From: Gemmatimonadetes bacterium 13_2_20CM_2_65_7 | GTDB lineage: Bacteria; Gemmatimonadota; Gemmatimonadetes; Gemmatimonadales; GWC2-71-9 | Direction of reading: 5' to 3' | Assembly: GCA_001915025.1 (NCBI GenBank) | Contig: MNDR01000039.1 | Span: 1,132 to 65,131 of the forward strand | DNA length: 64,000 bases | Part shown: piece after piece, positions 53,801 to 62,091 of the stretch | How the letters are laid out: every line of letters starts with the position of its first letter | How positions within the stretch are numbered: the first letter of the stretch is position 1 | The notes under the pieces: generated by a model | The model's input: only the letters and a program-made list of their open reading frames with translations | What the model was told of the DNA's origin: nothing | The model's database searches: none | Position numbers and translations under genes: made by a program

Positions 53801-55271
53801 GGCGCTCGTTCCTGTCGCTGACCGTCAGCTTCCCGATACGCTTTCCGTGCAAGCGCGCGCCGACAGCGTGGACCTCGGCGTGCTCGCTGCCGTCACGACG
53901 ACGGTCCGGCAGGTCGAAGGCGTGTTTACCGCAGACCTCGGGATCGGTGGCACCTGGGCGGCGCCGCAGCTGCGTGGCAGCCTCGAAATCGGCCAGGCCG
54001 CGGCGTCCATCCCCGCGCTCAACGTGCGGTACACGAATATCAACGGCCGCCTCTCCCTGCACGGGGACACGATCCGCGTGGATACGATTCGCGCGGTGTC
54101 GGATCGCGGGCGCGCCGAGTTGAGCGGGTACATGCGGCTCGAGCGGCTGACGAAGCCGGTGCTCGCGCTGAATATCGCGACGGCGGAGTTCAAGGCGCTG
54201 GACTTGAGAGGCTATCTCGCGCTCACCGCGAGTGGCCGCGTGTCGCTCACCGGTCCGGTGTTCGGCGCAACGCTGACGGGTCGCGGCACCGTTACCTCCG
54301 GCGTGTTGCACTTCGCCGATCTCGTGAACAAGCGCGTCGTGAACCTCGACGAGCCGTGGGTGCAGGACTTGATCGACACGTCGCTGATTCGGACGCAGCG
54401 ACTGGGCCCCGAATTCCAGAGCCTCTTCTTCGACAGCCTGCAGGTGCAAAATCTGCAGCTCACGATGGGCGAGGACGTGTGGCTGCGCTCCAACGAAGCG
54501 AACATCCAGCTCTCCGGCTCGGTGGCGGTGAACAAGGTGCGCAGCAACTACATCCTCAGCGGCACGCTCCAGGCGCCTCGGGGCACGTATCGCTTGATCA
54601 TCGGCCCGGTGACCCGGGAATTCACCGTCGATCAGGGGACCGTCCGCTACTTCGGCACTCCCGACCTCGACGCGGAGCTCGACATCGCGGCGCGGCACGT
54701 CGTGCATCCGTTGCCGGGGGCGAGTCCCGACAACAGGGACATCACTGTCATCGCGCACATCCAGGGGACGTTGCGCGTGCCGAAGTTGACGCTCGAAGCG
54801 GAGAACCAGGATCTGTCCCAAACCGAGCTGATCTCATATCTGATGTTCGGGAAGCCCACGTTCGAGCTCGGTGGCGGTGAAGGGCCATTCGTCCGCAGCG
54901 CGGCGGCGTCGCTGGTCGCGGGCGAGCTCGAACGGACGGCTGTCTCCGATCTCGGGTTGCCCCTCGATTATTTCGAGATTCGGCCGGGCGATCCCAACAA
55001 TCCCTTCGCCGGGGCGCAGGTCGCCGCGGGCTGGGCAATCGGCGCCAAGACATTCCTCGTGCTGAACGCGGGCTTCTGCCAGCAGAACCAGGGCCAGAGC
55101 CAGAGCCGCCTGACGAACACCCTGGGCGCCAGTCTGCAATTTCGATTCAGTCCCGAGTGGCGCACGGAAGCCAGCTTCGAGCCGGTGCGCAGCTGCGGAC
55201 TCGCCAGCGACATCCGCGGGCCCGTGTCGCGCCAAGTCGGATTCGACGTCTTCTGGGAGCGACGGTACTAG
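50859..55271 (+). CDS. tamB: Translocation and assembly module protein TamB (AsmA-like, DUF490 C-terminus)
   Basis: Start at MRRSLGVALWSLVGLLACFLGAL (ATG 50859, 1 nt after the tamA stop). A 1470-aa repetitive beta-rich protein with an N-terminal anchor and a DUF490-like C-terminal region (...ISYLMFGKP...GASLQFRFSPEWRTEASFEPV...). Confidence 0.8.
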   Translation: MRRSLGVALWSLVGLLACFLGALNALVGTEAGRTLLARIASAAVQNAVSGTIQVGEVRGSLLTGVVLSDVRMWDPDSTLVAWLPHAELGYNLIDFAAGRIVFMEVRLDRPVINIVQHANGKTNFAELLRLDVKDTVTVARLGPAGPRSLILLRNVQIDDGSLTLRLQKHGHASANEEVESSGEDGRYRIRRFEHLNARLAALRIQAPRERGIRIDFLRLATESSDPRLSIADLEGRITIDGHNLDVDLARVRFPGTQFSARGTVKWPRDTVLWNLAMRADSATLTDIRFIDPRFPEHAVLHGGVTLSSHGGRVLEIELRPLDLALGKGRLTGHVTAYSAADSGLVALRQGDLQARDLSLELVRPYLDTLPFAGRLTGQTIVDGPMRALKIETGWSFRDSMLSGWPETQIQGKGEINLSGHELAFQPFAVEAGRIDLGTVRRLVPSFDLQGELDATGTLTGTLKNASFSGTLRHHDGNRPVSVIRGVVALDSRTPILGVFADVHADSLALDGLSGRARNFPLRGSLAGTIRLDGSLAGLETHADLAMLGGGGAIRGDGTLLLGEPTTHPVYGVRGFTLRATDVSVQRWLAHNKNIPPTRLTFTASGSVAGDTLTPPTGRVSVNVAPSLFAGTVVDSGGGMVHFADNRVYVDSMRLQQPGLLTQGRGSIGWKRPNRGTLVFDFDADSLSVLDSLATWLAGRTLTGGPTPDEALKGSAKVRLTLEGALDSIALGAEAQVADLRWRGWHMPKGEGSILFQPGPVPSFELDANLDSLGYGTLGFGAAAAQAKGTRDSLTWFARSRVGDLGAFLAGGRYERPAGRSLQHVAIDSLAVLLPSGVWFLEHPTALTLSDSMLRVDSASLANAAGSSRGRLSIAGDLPRHGRINARVSLDSFPLTGVYALLQQDTVGVRGALTASVAATGTRDNPAYTGSFAFSNASFGSFSAPFMDGNLDYGNRRLNGEVHLWRSGQQVLNVTAHLPLDLALVPVADRQLPDTLSVQARADSVDLGVLAAVTTTVRQVEGVFTADLGIGGTWAAPQLRGSLEIGQAAASIPALNVRYTNINGRLSLHGDTIRVDTIRAVSDRGRAELSGYMRLERLTKPVLALNIATAEFKALDLRGYLALTASGRVSLTGPVFGATLTGRGTVTSGVLHFADLVNKRVVNLDEPWVQDLIDTSLIRTQRLGPEFQSLFFDSLQVQNLQLTMGEDVWLRSNEANIQLSGSVAVNKVRSNYILSGTLQAPRGTYRLIIGPVTREFTVDQGTVRYFGTPDLDAELDIAARHVVHPLPGASPDNRDITVIAHIQGTLRVPKLTLEAENQDLSQTELISYLMFGKPTFELGGGEGPFVRSAAASLVAGELERTAVSDLGLPLDYFEIRPGDPNNPFAGAQVAAGWAIGAKTFLVLNAGFCQQNQGQSQSRLTNTLGASLQFRFSPEWRTEASFEPVRSCGLASDIRGPVSRQVGFDVFWERRY

Positions 55272-55272
55272 A

Positions 55273-56226
55273 GTGACGCGCGCGCTGCTGATCACCAACC
55301 CCTTCGCGGCGCGCGCAGACGCGCGGGCCGTCACAGCGATCCTGCGCATCCTGGGTCGCGGCGGTTGGAATGTCGACCTGCGAACCACCACCGGTCCGGG
55401 CGACGCGCGCCGCATCGCCGAGCAAGCACGGGACGAGGGTTTTGATGTGCTGGTGAGCCACGGCGGGGATGGCACGGCGATGCAAGTCGCGGCCGGTCTC
55501 GCGGGCACAGGGATCGCGCTGGGCTTGATCCCGGGCGGCACAGGCAACGTGCTGGCGGGCAATCTCCGGTTGCCCCGAACCACCGCGCGCGCCGCACGCG
55601 CGTTGCTCACGGCTCGGCCACATCCGATCGATCTCGGCGTCGTCGAGCGAGCAGATGGCCCTCATTACTTCGCGGTCGCCGCGGGAACTGGTTTTGACGC
55701 GCAGCTGATGGCGGACACCGACCTCCAGTCGAAGCGCCGCTGGAAGCTCGGCGCCTACCTCGCGCGTGCCGCGCTCACGCTGACGAACGTGCGCAGCGCG
55801 ACCCACCGCGTGACGGTCGACGGCACGCTCCACGAGATTCGCGCGGCCATGCTGCTGATTCTGAATTGTGGGCAGCTGCCGCCGGGATTCCTGCGACTCC
55901 GAGCCGACCTGGCGCCTGACGATGGTTGGCTGGACATCGTGGCACTCGATGCGAACGGTGCGCTCCAGAGCGTCAGCGCGATCGTGCAATTGCTGTTTGG
56001 GACGGGCCATAACGGTTCGACGCGCGTGGGGAAGGCATCGCAACGCATCTGGTGGGCGCGCGGGCGAACCGTTCGTGTCGAAGTCGCGGAGGGGGAGCCG
56101 CGTCGCCTGGTGCAGCTCGATGGCGAAGTCACGGGCGCGACACCGTTCGAGGCTCGTCTCTTACCGGGCGCGCTTACGGTCTTGGTCGGATCGGCGTTTC
56201 GAGCGACCGAGGCACGCCATGGCTGA
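55273..56226 (+). CDS. YegS/BmrU/DAG-kinase family lipid kinase
   Basis: GTG 55273 lies 1 nt after the tamB stop. Motifs are LVSHGGDGTAMQVAAGL and GLIPGGTGNVLAGNL. Confidence 0.8.
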   Translation: MTRALLITNPFAARADARAVTAILRILGRGGWNVDLRTTTGPGDARRIAEQARDEGFDVLVSHGGDGTAMQVAAGLAGTGIALGLIPGGTGNVLAGNLRLPRTTARAARALLTARPHPIDLGVVERADGPHYFAVAAGTGFDAQLMADTDLQSKRRWKLGAYLARAALTLTNVRSATHRVTVDGTLHEIRAAMLLILNCGQLPPGFLRLRADLAPDDGWLDIVALDANGALQSVSAIVQLLFGTGHNGSTRVGKASQRIWWARGRTVRVEVAEGEPRRLVQLDGEVTGATPFEARLLPGALTVLVGSAFRATEARHG

Positions 56227-57562
56227 TACGTTGCTGCTCGTCGACGACGACGCGAGCGTGTTGCGCGCGATCGGCGAGTATTTCGAGCGCATCGGCTACG
56301 AGGTGTGGCGCGAGAGTACCGGTGCGCAGGCGGTCGACACGTTCCAGCGCGTCCGGCCCGACGTCGTTCTGCTCGACTTGCATCTTCCCGATTCGAACGG
56401 CCTGGTCGTACTCGAGCGGCTGCGTCGCGACGGCGCCGCGGTCGTACTGTTGACCGGGCAGGGCGACATCGAGACCGCCGTCCGCGCCATGCAGCTCGGC
56501 GCCGAGAATTTTCTCACCAAGCCGGTCGACATGAGTCACCTCGCCGCCGCGATCGCGCGGCTCACGGAGAAGGTGCGCCTCACCCGGCAAAACGCCCGGC
56601 TGCGTGCGTTGGACCATGAGGGCGAGAGCGCCGGATCTCTGGGTGTGTCGCCGGCGATGCACGAGCTGGCGCGTCAGGTCGAGCTGCTCGCGGCGAGCGA
56701 GCGGTCTACGGTGCTACTTCAAGGAGAAAGCGGGACCGGCAAGGGGTGGGTGGCTCGCGTCCTTCATAATCTCTCGCCGCGCTCTGCTGGCCCGTTCGTC
56801 GAAGTCAACTGCGCCGGCTTGTCAGCGACGTTTCTCGATTCCGAGCTGTTCGGTCACGAGAAAGGCGCGTTCACGGACGCGAAGGAACGCAGGGCCGGTC
56901 TGTTTGAGTTGGCCGATCGTGGCACGATTTTCCTGGACGAGATCGGAGAGCTGGCGCTCGAGCTGCAGCCCAAGCTCCTCAAGGTCCTGGAGACGAAGAC
57001 ATTCCGGCGCTTGGGCGGGACGCGCGAGCTCACGGTCGACGTGCGACTCGTCACCGCCACGAACCGCGATCTGGTGCACGAGGTGGAGGAAGGGCGCTTC
57101 CGCGAAGATCTCTACTACCGGCTCAACGTGATGCCACTCGTGCTGCCGCCGGTGCGCGAGCGCTCGCGCGAGGATCGGCTCGACCTGATCACGCGCATCC
57201 TATTCGATCTCAAGACGCAGTTGCCCGGCTGTCCTGCCGAATGCAGCAGCGACGTGCTCGATCGGCTGTTGTCCGCGGCATGGCCCGGCAACGTGCGCGA
57301 GATGCGCAATGTGCTCGAGCGGTCGATGATCCTCGCGCGCGGCCAGCCGACGATCGGAATCGAGCATCTGCCGCCCGATCTCCGGCAGCGCTCACCTACG
57401 GATCGGCGCTACCAAGCCCAGTCGCTGTCCGAAGTGGAGCGCCAGCACATCGAGCGCACGCTGCGTCATCACGGCGGTAATCGCACGCGTGCCGCCGTCG
57501 AGCTGGGAATCTCACGCGCCACCCTGATCAACAAGATCAAGGCGTACAGCCTGAAGATCTAA
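56219..57562 (+). CDS. Sigma-54-dependent response regulator (NtrC family)
   Basis: Has a receiver domain ([10 protein letters not shown]...[14 protein letters not shown]) and an AAA+ sigma-54 activation domain ([16 protein letters not shown] loop, [11 protein letters not shown]). A C-terminal Fis-type HTH is also present. The ATG overlaps the lipid kinase stop by 8 nt. Confidence 0.9.
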   Translation: MADTLLLVDDDASVLRAIGEYFERIGYEVWRESTGAQAVDTFQRVRPDVVLLDLHLPDSNGLVVLERLRRDGAAVVLLTGQGDIETAVRAMQLGAENFLTKPVDMSHLAAAIARLTEKVRLTRQNARLRALDHEGESAGSLGVSPAMHELARQVELLAASERSTVLLQGESGTGKGWVARVLHNLSPRSAGPFVEVNCAGLSATFLDSELFGHEKGAFTDAKERRAGLFELADRGTIFLDEIGELALELQPKLLKVLETKTFRRLGGTRELTVDVRLVTATNRDLVHEVEEGRFREDLYYRLNVMPLVLPPVRERSREDRLDLITRILFDLKTQLPGCPAECSSDVLDRLLSAAWPGNVREMRNVLERSMILARGQPTIGIEHLPPDLRQRSPTDRRYQAQSLSEVERQHIERTLRHHGGNRTRAAVELGISRATLINKIKAYSLKI

Positions 57563-57972
57563 GCCACAAAGATTGCGATCCCCGTCAGAATCGCGATCAG
57601 TCCAAATACCACGCCTGCCCGAGGACCGAAGTACTTGAATCCGAGCAGAGAAGTGAGCGCGAGGCTGGCGAACGCGCCCCACGCAAGCGGGAGCAGCGCT
57701 GTTCTCTGAGTTGAGTCCAGGCCACCAAGTACCCAGAGCGCGATGATCGTGGTGACCATAAACGCGCTGACGCACAGTCCATTGCCGAGCCAGAAATCGA
57801 ACCACGTCGTGTCTGCGCCCTGCCATTTGAAGTGCACAGACTTCATCAGTGAAAAAACGTGCTCGGCCTCTGGTCCCGCCTTAGGTCCCCGCCGTGCTGT
57901 TCCCAGCATGCCGCCGAGCGTGTGGCCAACCGCCGCCAACAACAAGAGACCGGCGCAGATGCGGTAGAGCAT
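57559..57972 (-). CDS. Hypothetical membrane protein (4 predicted TM helices)
   Basis: 137 aa, hydrophobic, with high GC3. I recognise no family. Confidence 0.5.
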   Translation of the reverse strand: MLYRICAGLLLLAAVGHTLGGMLGTARRGPKAGPEAEHVFSLMKSVHFKWQGADTTWFDFWLGNGLCVSAFMVTTIIALWVLGGLDSTQRTALLPLAWGAFASLALTSLLGFKYFGPRAGVVFGLIAILTGIAIFVA

Positions 57973-58007
57973 CGGAAGCTCCCTTTGACAAGTGCTATCT
58001 TACGGCT

Positions 58008-58190
58008 ATGGAAAAGCCCAAGCTCAAAGAACACGACGGCATGGTGTGCCGGTCCTGCGGGAATGAGGAGCGAGCGTCGGAGGGCTACCCGTGTGCGGAC
58101 TGCGGGACGTTCATTTGCCTGATTTGCACGTTCCGTGGCGTTACCCGCTGCAAGGCCTGCGAGCAGAAGGCTCAGTCCAACAAGGCCTAA
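58008..58190 (+). CDS. Small (60 aa) four-CxxC zinc-ribbon protein
   Basis: MEKPKLKEHDGMVCRSCGNEERASEGYPCADCGTFICLICTFRGVTRCKACEQKAQSNKA. The CxxC motifs are spaced as two zinc ribbons. GC3-rich codons. It is the internal ATG of tracked ORF 57894..58190. Confidence 0.5.
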   Translation: MEKPKLKEHDGMVCRSCGNEERASEGYPCADCGTFICLICTFRGVTRCKACEQKAQSNKA

Positions 58191-58801
58191 CCGCGCCGTC
58201 GCTTCAACTCGGCCGCCAGTTCCTCGCGCGGCGCTCCCAACTCCTCGGCCAGCTTACTGAGCGCCGCCTCTGTGCCGCTCCAGTCGCGCGCGGCCGCGAG
58301 CGCGTCCAGAGCGATCTCCTCGATCGCGGTCGTGCGCTCCTCGAGATCGCGGGTGCGCACTGCCACTTCCCGCGCCAGCCATTGCTCCAGCTCCCGGCGG
58401 TCGACCTCCAATTGCCGCTGTCGCAGGGCGTGTAAGAGCGACACCTCCAGCTCATCGAGATCCACCGGCTTGATGAGATAGTCGTACGCGCCGAGCTTGA
58501 GACATTCGATCGCGGTACGCGGCTCGTCGATGGCCGTCAGCATGATGACGGCGAGATCGGGGTCCTGAGCGAGCACCTTCGGCAGTAGCTCGACGCCGCT
58601 GGTTTCTGGCATCCGGATGTCGCACAGCATCGCCTGCGGGTGATCGGCGCCCACGTACTTTAACGCTTCCGTGGCGTTCGCCGCCGCCAGTACCTGATAG
58701 CCGAGGCGCGTAAGAAAGCGGGTGAGCGCCTGGCGAATGCCGTCCTCATCATCCACCACAAGTACGGTGGTCCGGTCAGGCGGAGGGGTCATGGGCGTCA
58801 A
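58187..58801 (-). CDS. Response regulator: receiver domain + C-terminal coiled coil, no recognisable output domain
   Basis: REC motifs VLVVDDEDGIR, LCDIRMPETSG, MLTAID and YLIKP are present. The C-terminal ~80 aa are heptad-like (RQRQLEVDRRELEQWLAREVAVRTRDLEERT). Confidence 0.8.
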   Translation of the reverse strand: MTPMTPPPDRTTVLVVDDEDGIRQALTRFLTRLGYQVLAAANATEALKYVGADHPQAMLCDIRMPETSGVELLPKVLAQDPDLAVIMLTAIDEPRTAIECLKLGAYDYLIKPVDLDELEVSLLHALRQRQLEVDRRELEQWLAREVAVRTRDLEERTTAIEEIALDALAAARDWSGTEAALSKLAEELGAPREELAAELKRRRG

Positions 58802-58828
58802 CGTTGCCGATGTTATCTTGGCGCGTCA

Positions 58829-59767
58829 ATGAGCGTGCGACAGAATATCGCAGCCGTTCCCGGCATCACGGTCGGGCACGCGACACTCGAAGGGCATGGC
58901 ACCGGCTGCACGGTGATTCTGGGTCCGGAATCCGGTATGCGCGCCGCCGCCTGTGTGCGCGGCCGCGCGACGGGCACGCGCGAGATCGACGCGCTCGATC
59001 CTCGGCATCTCGTCGAGCGCATCGACGCGGTTTTGATCACGGGCGGATCGGCCCACGGTCTCGGCGCGGCAGACGGCGTGATGCGCTGGCTGCGCGAGCG
59101 GGGCCGTGGTCTTCCGGTGGGACCGGTCACCGTCCCGATCGTCCCCGCCGCGGTCATCTTCGACCTCGGCAACGCCGGCAAACCGGTCGGCTGGCCTGGG
59201 CCCGAGGACGCTTATCGCGCATGCGAGCAAGCGAATGCGGATGTGGCTGAAGGAAGGATCGGCGCTGGTACCGGCGCGACCTGCGGCAAAGCGGCGGGTC
59301 TCGACAAGATGATGCCCGCCGGCCTGGGTACCTCGGCCACGCGCTCCGGAAGTGGCGATGTCATCGTTGGTGCTCTGGTCGTCGTCAACGCCGTCGGCGA
59401 TGTGCGAAACGCGCGGGGTGAGATCATCGCCGGGGCGCGCAATCCCGACGGCTCATTCGTCGACTGCCAGCGGTATCTCGCGGAAGGCGGAGCGCCGTTC
59501 GCAGATCCGAGTCGCCTGACGCGCAACACGACAATCGCGGTGATCGCGACGAACGCAACGCTCGACCGAGTTCAGCTCCAGGCGCTCGCGTATTCGGCAA
59601 GCGACGCACTCGCCCGCCGCATCACGCCATACGGCACGCTGTACGACGGCGATGTGGTCTTCGCCGTGAGCACAGCGACAGTGTCTCCCCGATCGCCCCT
59701 GCAAGTCGAAGCCCTCGCCGCGATGGCTGTGCCGGAAGCAGTCGAGCGGGCAGTACAGCATGGATAA
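58829..59767 (+). CDS. P1/S58 family peptidase (DmpA/BapA-like aminopeptidase, Ntn fold)
   Basis: 312 aa with VPGITVGHATLEGHGTGCTVIL ... AVIFDL ... NTTIAVIATNA (self-cleavage/nucleophile region), typical of DmpA-like enzymes. Confidence 0.7.
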   Translation: MSVRQNIAAVPGITVGHATLEGHGTGCTVILGPESGMRAAACVRGRATGTREIDALDPRHLVERIDAVLITGGSAHGLGAADGVMRWLRERGRGLPVGPVTVPIVPAAVIFDLGNAGKPVGWPGPEDAYRACEQANADVAEGRIGAGTGATCGKAAGLDKMMPAGLGTSATRSGSGDVIVGALVVVNAVGDVRNARGEIIAGARNPDGSFVDCQRYLAEGGAPFADPSRLTRNTTIAVIATNATLDRVQLQALAYSASDALARRITPYGTLYDGDVVFAVSTATVSPRSPLQVEALAAMAVPEAVERAVQHG

Positions 59768-60752
59768 GGTCGAACGCGCGGTCGACGACATTCGCCGCAG
59801 ATGGGTGCCGGACGGCCGGCTCGGCGTCTTCGAGGTCTCCCTCCTGCCGAAGGGTGTCACAGGCGTGACCTCGAGTCGCGACGCGCGCGATGCGCTGCGG
59901 CGACTTGCCGGTGAACAGGAGCTGGTCGAGCAGGTGCGTCTGCTGCCGGACGAGACCGTCACCGACGCCGCCGCCATCGTCACCGCAGCACTGGCGCCGC
60001 TGCTCGACGCTCCGCAGCTGTCCGCGCCGCGCGTCAACGAAGCGCTGCACGGCGAATCACTCGATGTCCTGGAGCGCCGCGACGACTGGCTGCGCGTGCG
60101 CGCGCCCGACGGCTACGTCGCGTGGACCCACGCCGGCTATGTAGCGACGGGCGCGACGGATTGGGCGGACGATTGGCGCGAGCGCGCAACCGCGCGATCG
60201 CTGAGCGCCGACATTGTAACGACCTACAGCCGGCGTCGCCTTCCCACTGGCGCGCGCGTCGCGTTGCGGCGTGGGGTGGTAGAGCTTGCCGATGGGCTGG
60301 AGGGCGCCGTGGCCGGCGGCTACGTCCGCCGGGAGCAGGAGCTGCGCGCGGAAGCGCGGCACCTCGCGTTGCCCGAGCTCGCGCTCAAGTGGTTTTCCGG
60401 CGCGCCATATCTGTGGGGTGGCCGCACGGAGTGGGGCATCGATTGCTCGGGACTCGCGCAGGCGGTGTACGCGGCACGCGGCATTCGGCTGCCGCGCGAC
60501 AGCGATCAGCAATTCGTTGAGGGAAAGGAGCTCGCGATCGCCGCGGACGGGAAAGGCTACGAAGCGGGCGATCTGCTCTTCTTTGCTGAACGCGGTCGAG
60601 TCTCTCACGTCGCGTTGTGGTCCGGGGCTGGGCACGTCGTGCATGCCGCGCTCTCGCGTGGCGGCGTCGCCTCCGACCATTTGTTCGGTGATGAACCGCG
60701 CATGAGACGGCTGCGGGAAATTCTGGTGGGTGTGAGGCGGTTCGGCGGTTAA
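59760..60752 (+). CDS. C40 (NlpC/P60) peptidase with N-terminal SH3b-like domains
   Basis: The catalytic region is YLWGGRTEWGIDCSGLAQAVY...GDLLFF...SHVALW, giving a Cys/His pair. Overlaps the upstream gene by 8 nt. Confidence 0.8.
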   Translation: MDKVERAVDDIRRRWVPDGRLGVFEVSLLPKGVTGVTSSRDARDALRRLAGEQELVEQVRLLPDETVTDAAAIVTAALAPLLDAPQLSAPRVNEALHGESLDVLERRDDWLRVRAPDGYVAWTHAGYVATGATDWADDWRERATARSLSADIVTTYSRRRLPTGARVALRRGVVELADGLEGAVAGGYVRREQELRAEARHLALPELALKWFSGAPYLWGGRTEWGIDCSGLAQAVYAARGIRLPRDSDQQFVEGKELAIAADGKGYEAGDLLFFAERGRVSHVALWSGAGHVVHAALSRGGVASDHLFGDEPRMRRLREILVGVRRFGG

Positions 60753-60806
60753 GCGGTTAGGCGGTTCGAGATGCCGCCCGCCTAACCGCCCAACCGCTTA
60801 ACCGCC
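60736..60806. repeat. 71-bp imperfect palindrome of four GGCGGTTA units per arm, at the 3' end of the C40 peptidase gene
   Basis: The left arm is ggcggttc ggcggtta agcggtta ggcggttc (60736-60768). The right arm is ccgcccg cctaaccg cccaaccg cttaaccg cc (60774-60806), with about 26/32 complementarity. tatttta follows on the + strand, so it could be the intrinsic terminator of this operon. The stop codon TAA 60750-60752 lies inside the left arm. Confidence 0.85.
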
Positions 60807-60817
60807 TATTTTAGTCC

Positions 60818-61519
60818 ATGCGCCTCATCCTCTTCGACATCGACGGAACCTTGCTGTGGACCAACGGCGCCGGGCGGCGCGCGATCCATCGCGCCCTGCT
60901 CGACGAGATGGGCACCGCCGGCCCGATCGATGGCTACCGATTCGATGGCAAGACCGATCCCCAGATCGTGCGGGAATTGCTGGAGCTGGCCGGTCACCCC
61001 GACGCGCGGTCGGAGACGTGTGTCACCGCTGTGTGCCGCCGCTATGTCGACCTGCTGACCGCCGAGCTCGCCCAGCCGACACAAGTCACGAAGCTCTATC
61101 CGGGGATCAGCGAGCTGCTCACGGCGCTCGAGCCGCATGAAGCCGCCGGGCGTGCTGTCGTCGGATTGCTCACGGGCAACGTCGAGCATGGCGCGACGCT
61201 GAAGTTGCGCTCGGCAGGCCTCGATCCGGCACGATTCGTCGTGGGGGCGTTCGGCTCCGACTCGGGTCGCCGGTCGGACTTGCCGGCGATCGCCGCCGAG
61301 CGGGCGGGCCGGAAGACGGGGCACCGGTTTATAGGCGCTGACCTGGTCATTGTCGGCGATACGCCGGACGACGTCGCCTGTGGGCGGCCGATAGGTGCCC
61401 GCACGGTGGCCGTCGCGACCGGATTCTACGACGTCGCCGCGCTGCGGGCGGCCGGCGCTACGCACGTCTTCCAGGATCTGGTCGATACGCCCGCCGTGCT
61501 CGAGGCGCTGTTTTCGTGA
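60818..61519 (+). CDS. HAD family hydrolase (phosphoglycolate phosphatase-like)
   Basis: Motif I is LILFDIDGTLL, with LLTGN and VIVGDTPDDVACG also present. Confidence 0.75.
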   Translation: MRLILFDIDGTLLWTNGAGRRAIHRALLDEMGTAGPIDGYRFDGKTDPQIVRELLELAGHPDARSETCVTAVCRRYVDLLTAELAQPTQVTKLYPGISELLTALEPHEAAGRAVVGLLTGNVEHGATLKLRSAGLDPARFVVGAFGSDSGRRSDLPAIAAERAGRKTGHRFIGADLVIVGDTPDDVACGRPIGARTVAVATGFYDVAALRAAGATHVFQDLVDTPAVLEALFS

Positions 61520-62091
61520 CGGTCGTCCGCGACGAGTTGGAGCTCAAGGCGCGCATCGAAGATCCGGACGCGCTGCGGCAGGCATTGCTCACCGCCGGCG
61601 CGGAGCTGGTGTTCCGCGGCGCGATGTTTGATCGCCGATTCGACCGCAAGGAACGGCTGCAGCGCCGCGACGAAGTGGTCCGGTTGCGCGTGTTCCATCC
61701 AGCCGAGGGCTCGGCGGGGTGGGGCGTCTTGGGATGGAAGGGGCCGGTGGGAAAACGCGACGGGTACCGCCACCGCGAGGAGTGGGAGTCCCGCGTGGAC
61801 GATCCGCGCGCGGTGCTCGTCGTGCTCCGGCGTCTGGGCTACAAGATCGTGCTGCGCGTCGACCGCGCGGTCGAGCAGTATCGTCTCGGGGACGCGACCT
61901 TGCGGCTCGAATGGTATCCCGCGATGGATGTGCTGCTCGAAGTCGAAGGCGCCCCCGAGGAGATCGAGCGCGCGATTGCCGCGACGGGGATCGCGCGCGA
62001 ATCGTTCCTCCCCGAGTCGCTTCCATACTTCACCGCGGCGTACGAGGAGCGGACCGGACGTATGGCCCGCGTCGCGCGGATACGCGAGTGA
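61516..62091 (+). CDS. CYTH domain protein (class IV adenylate cyclase / triphosphatase family)
   Basis: GTGA overlap. Begins ELELKARI and has alternating charged beta-strands (VRLRV, EWESRVD, LRLEWYP, LLEVE) typical of the CYTH tunnel fold. Confidence 0.65.
   Translation: MTVVRDELELKARIEDPDALRQALLTAGAELVFRGAMFDRRFDRKERLQRRDEVVRLRVFHPAEGSAGWGVLGWKGPVGKRDGYRHREEWESRVDDPRAVLVVLRRLGYKIVLRVDRAVEQYRLGDATLRLEWYPAMDVLLEVEGAPEEIERAIAATGIARESFLPESLPYFTAAYEERTGRMARVARIRE

Noticed and set aside
53658-54821. 387-aa minus-strand ORF
   Set aside because: It is antisense to tamB, with no motifs and R/H-rich composition.
57985-57990. TTGACA hexamer upstream of the small zinc-ribbon ORF as a -35 box
   Set aside because: The only -10-like hexamer (tatctt) is 5 nt away, the wrong spacing for a sigma-70 promoter.
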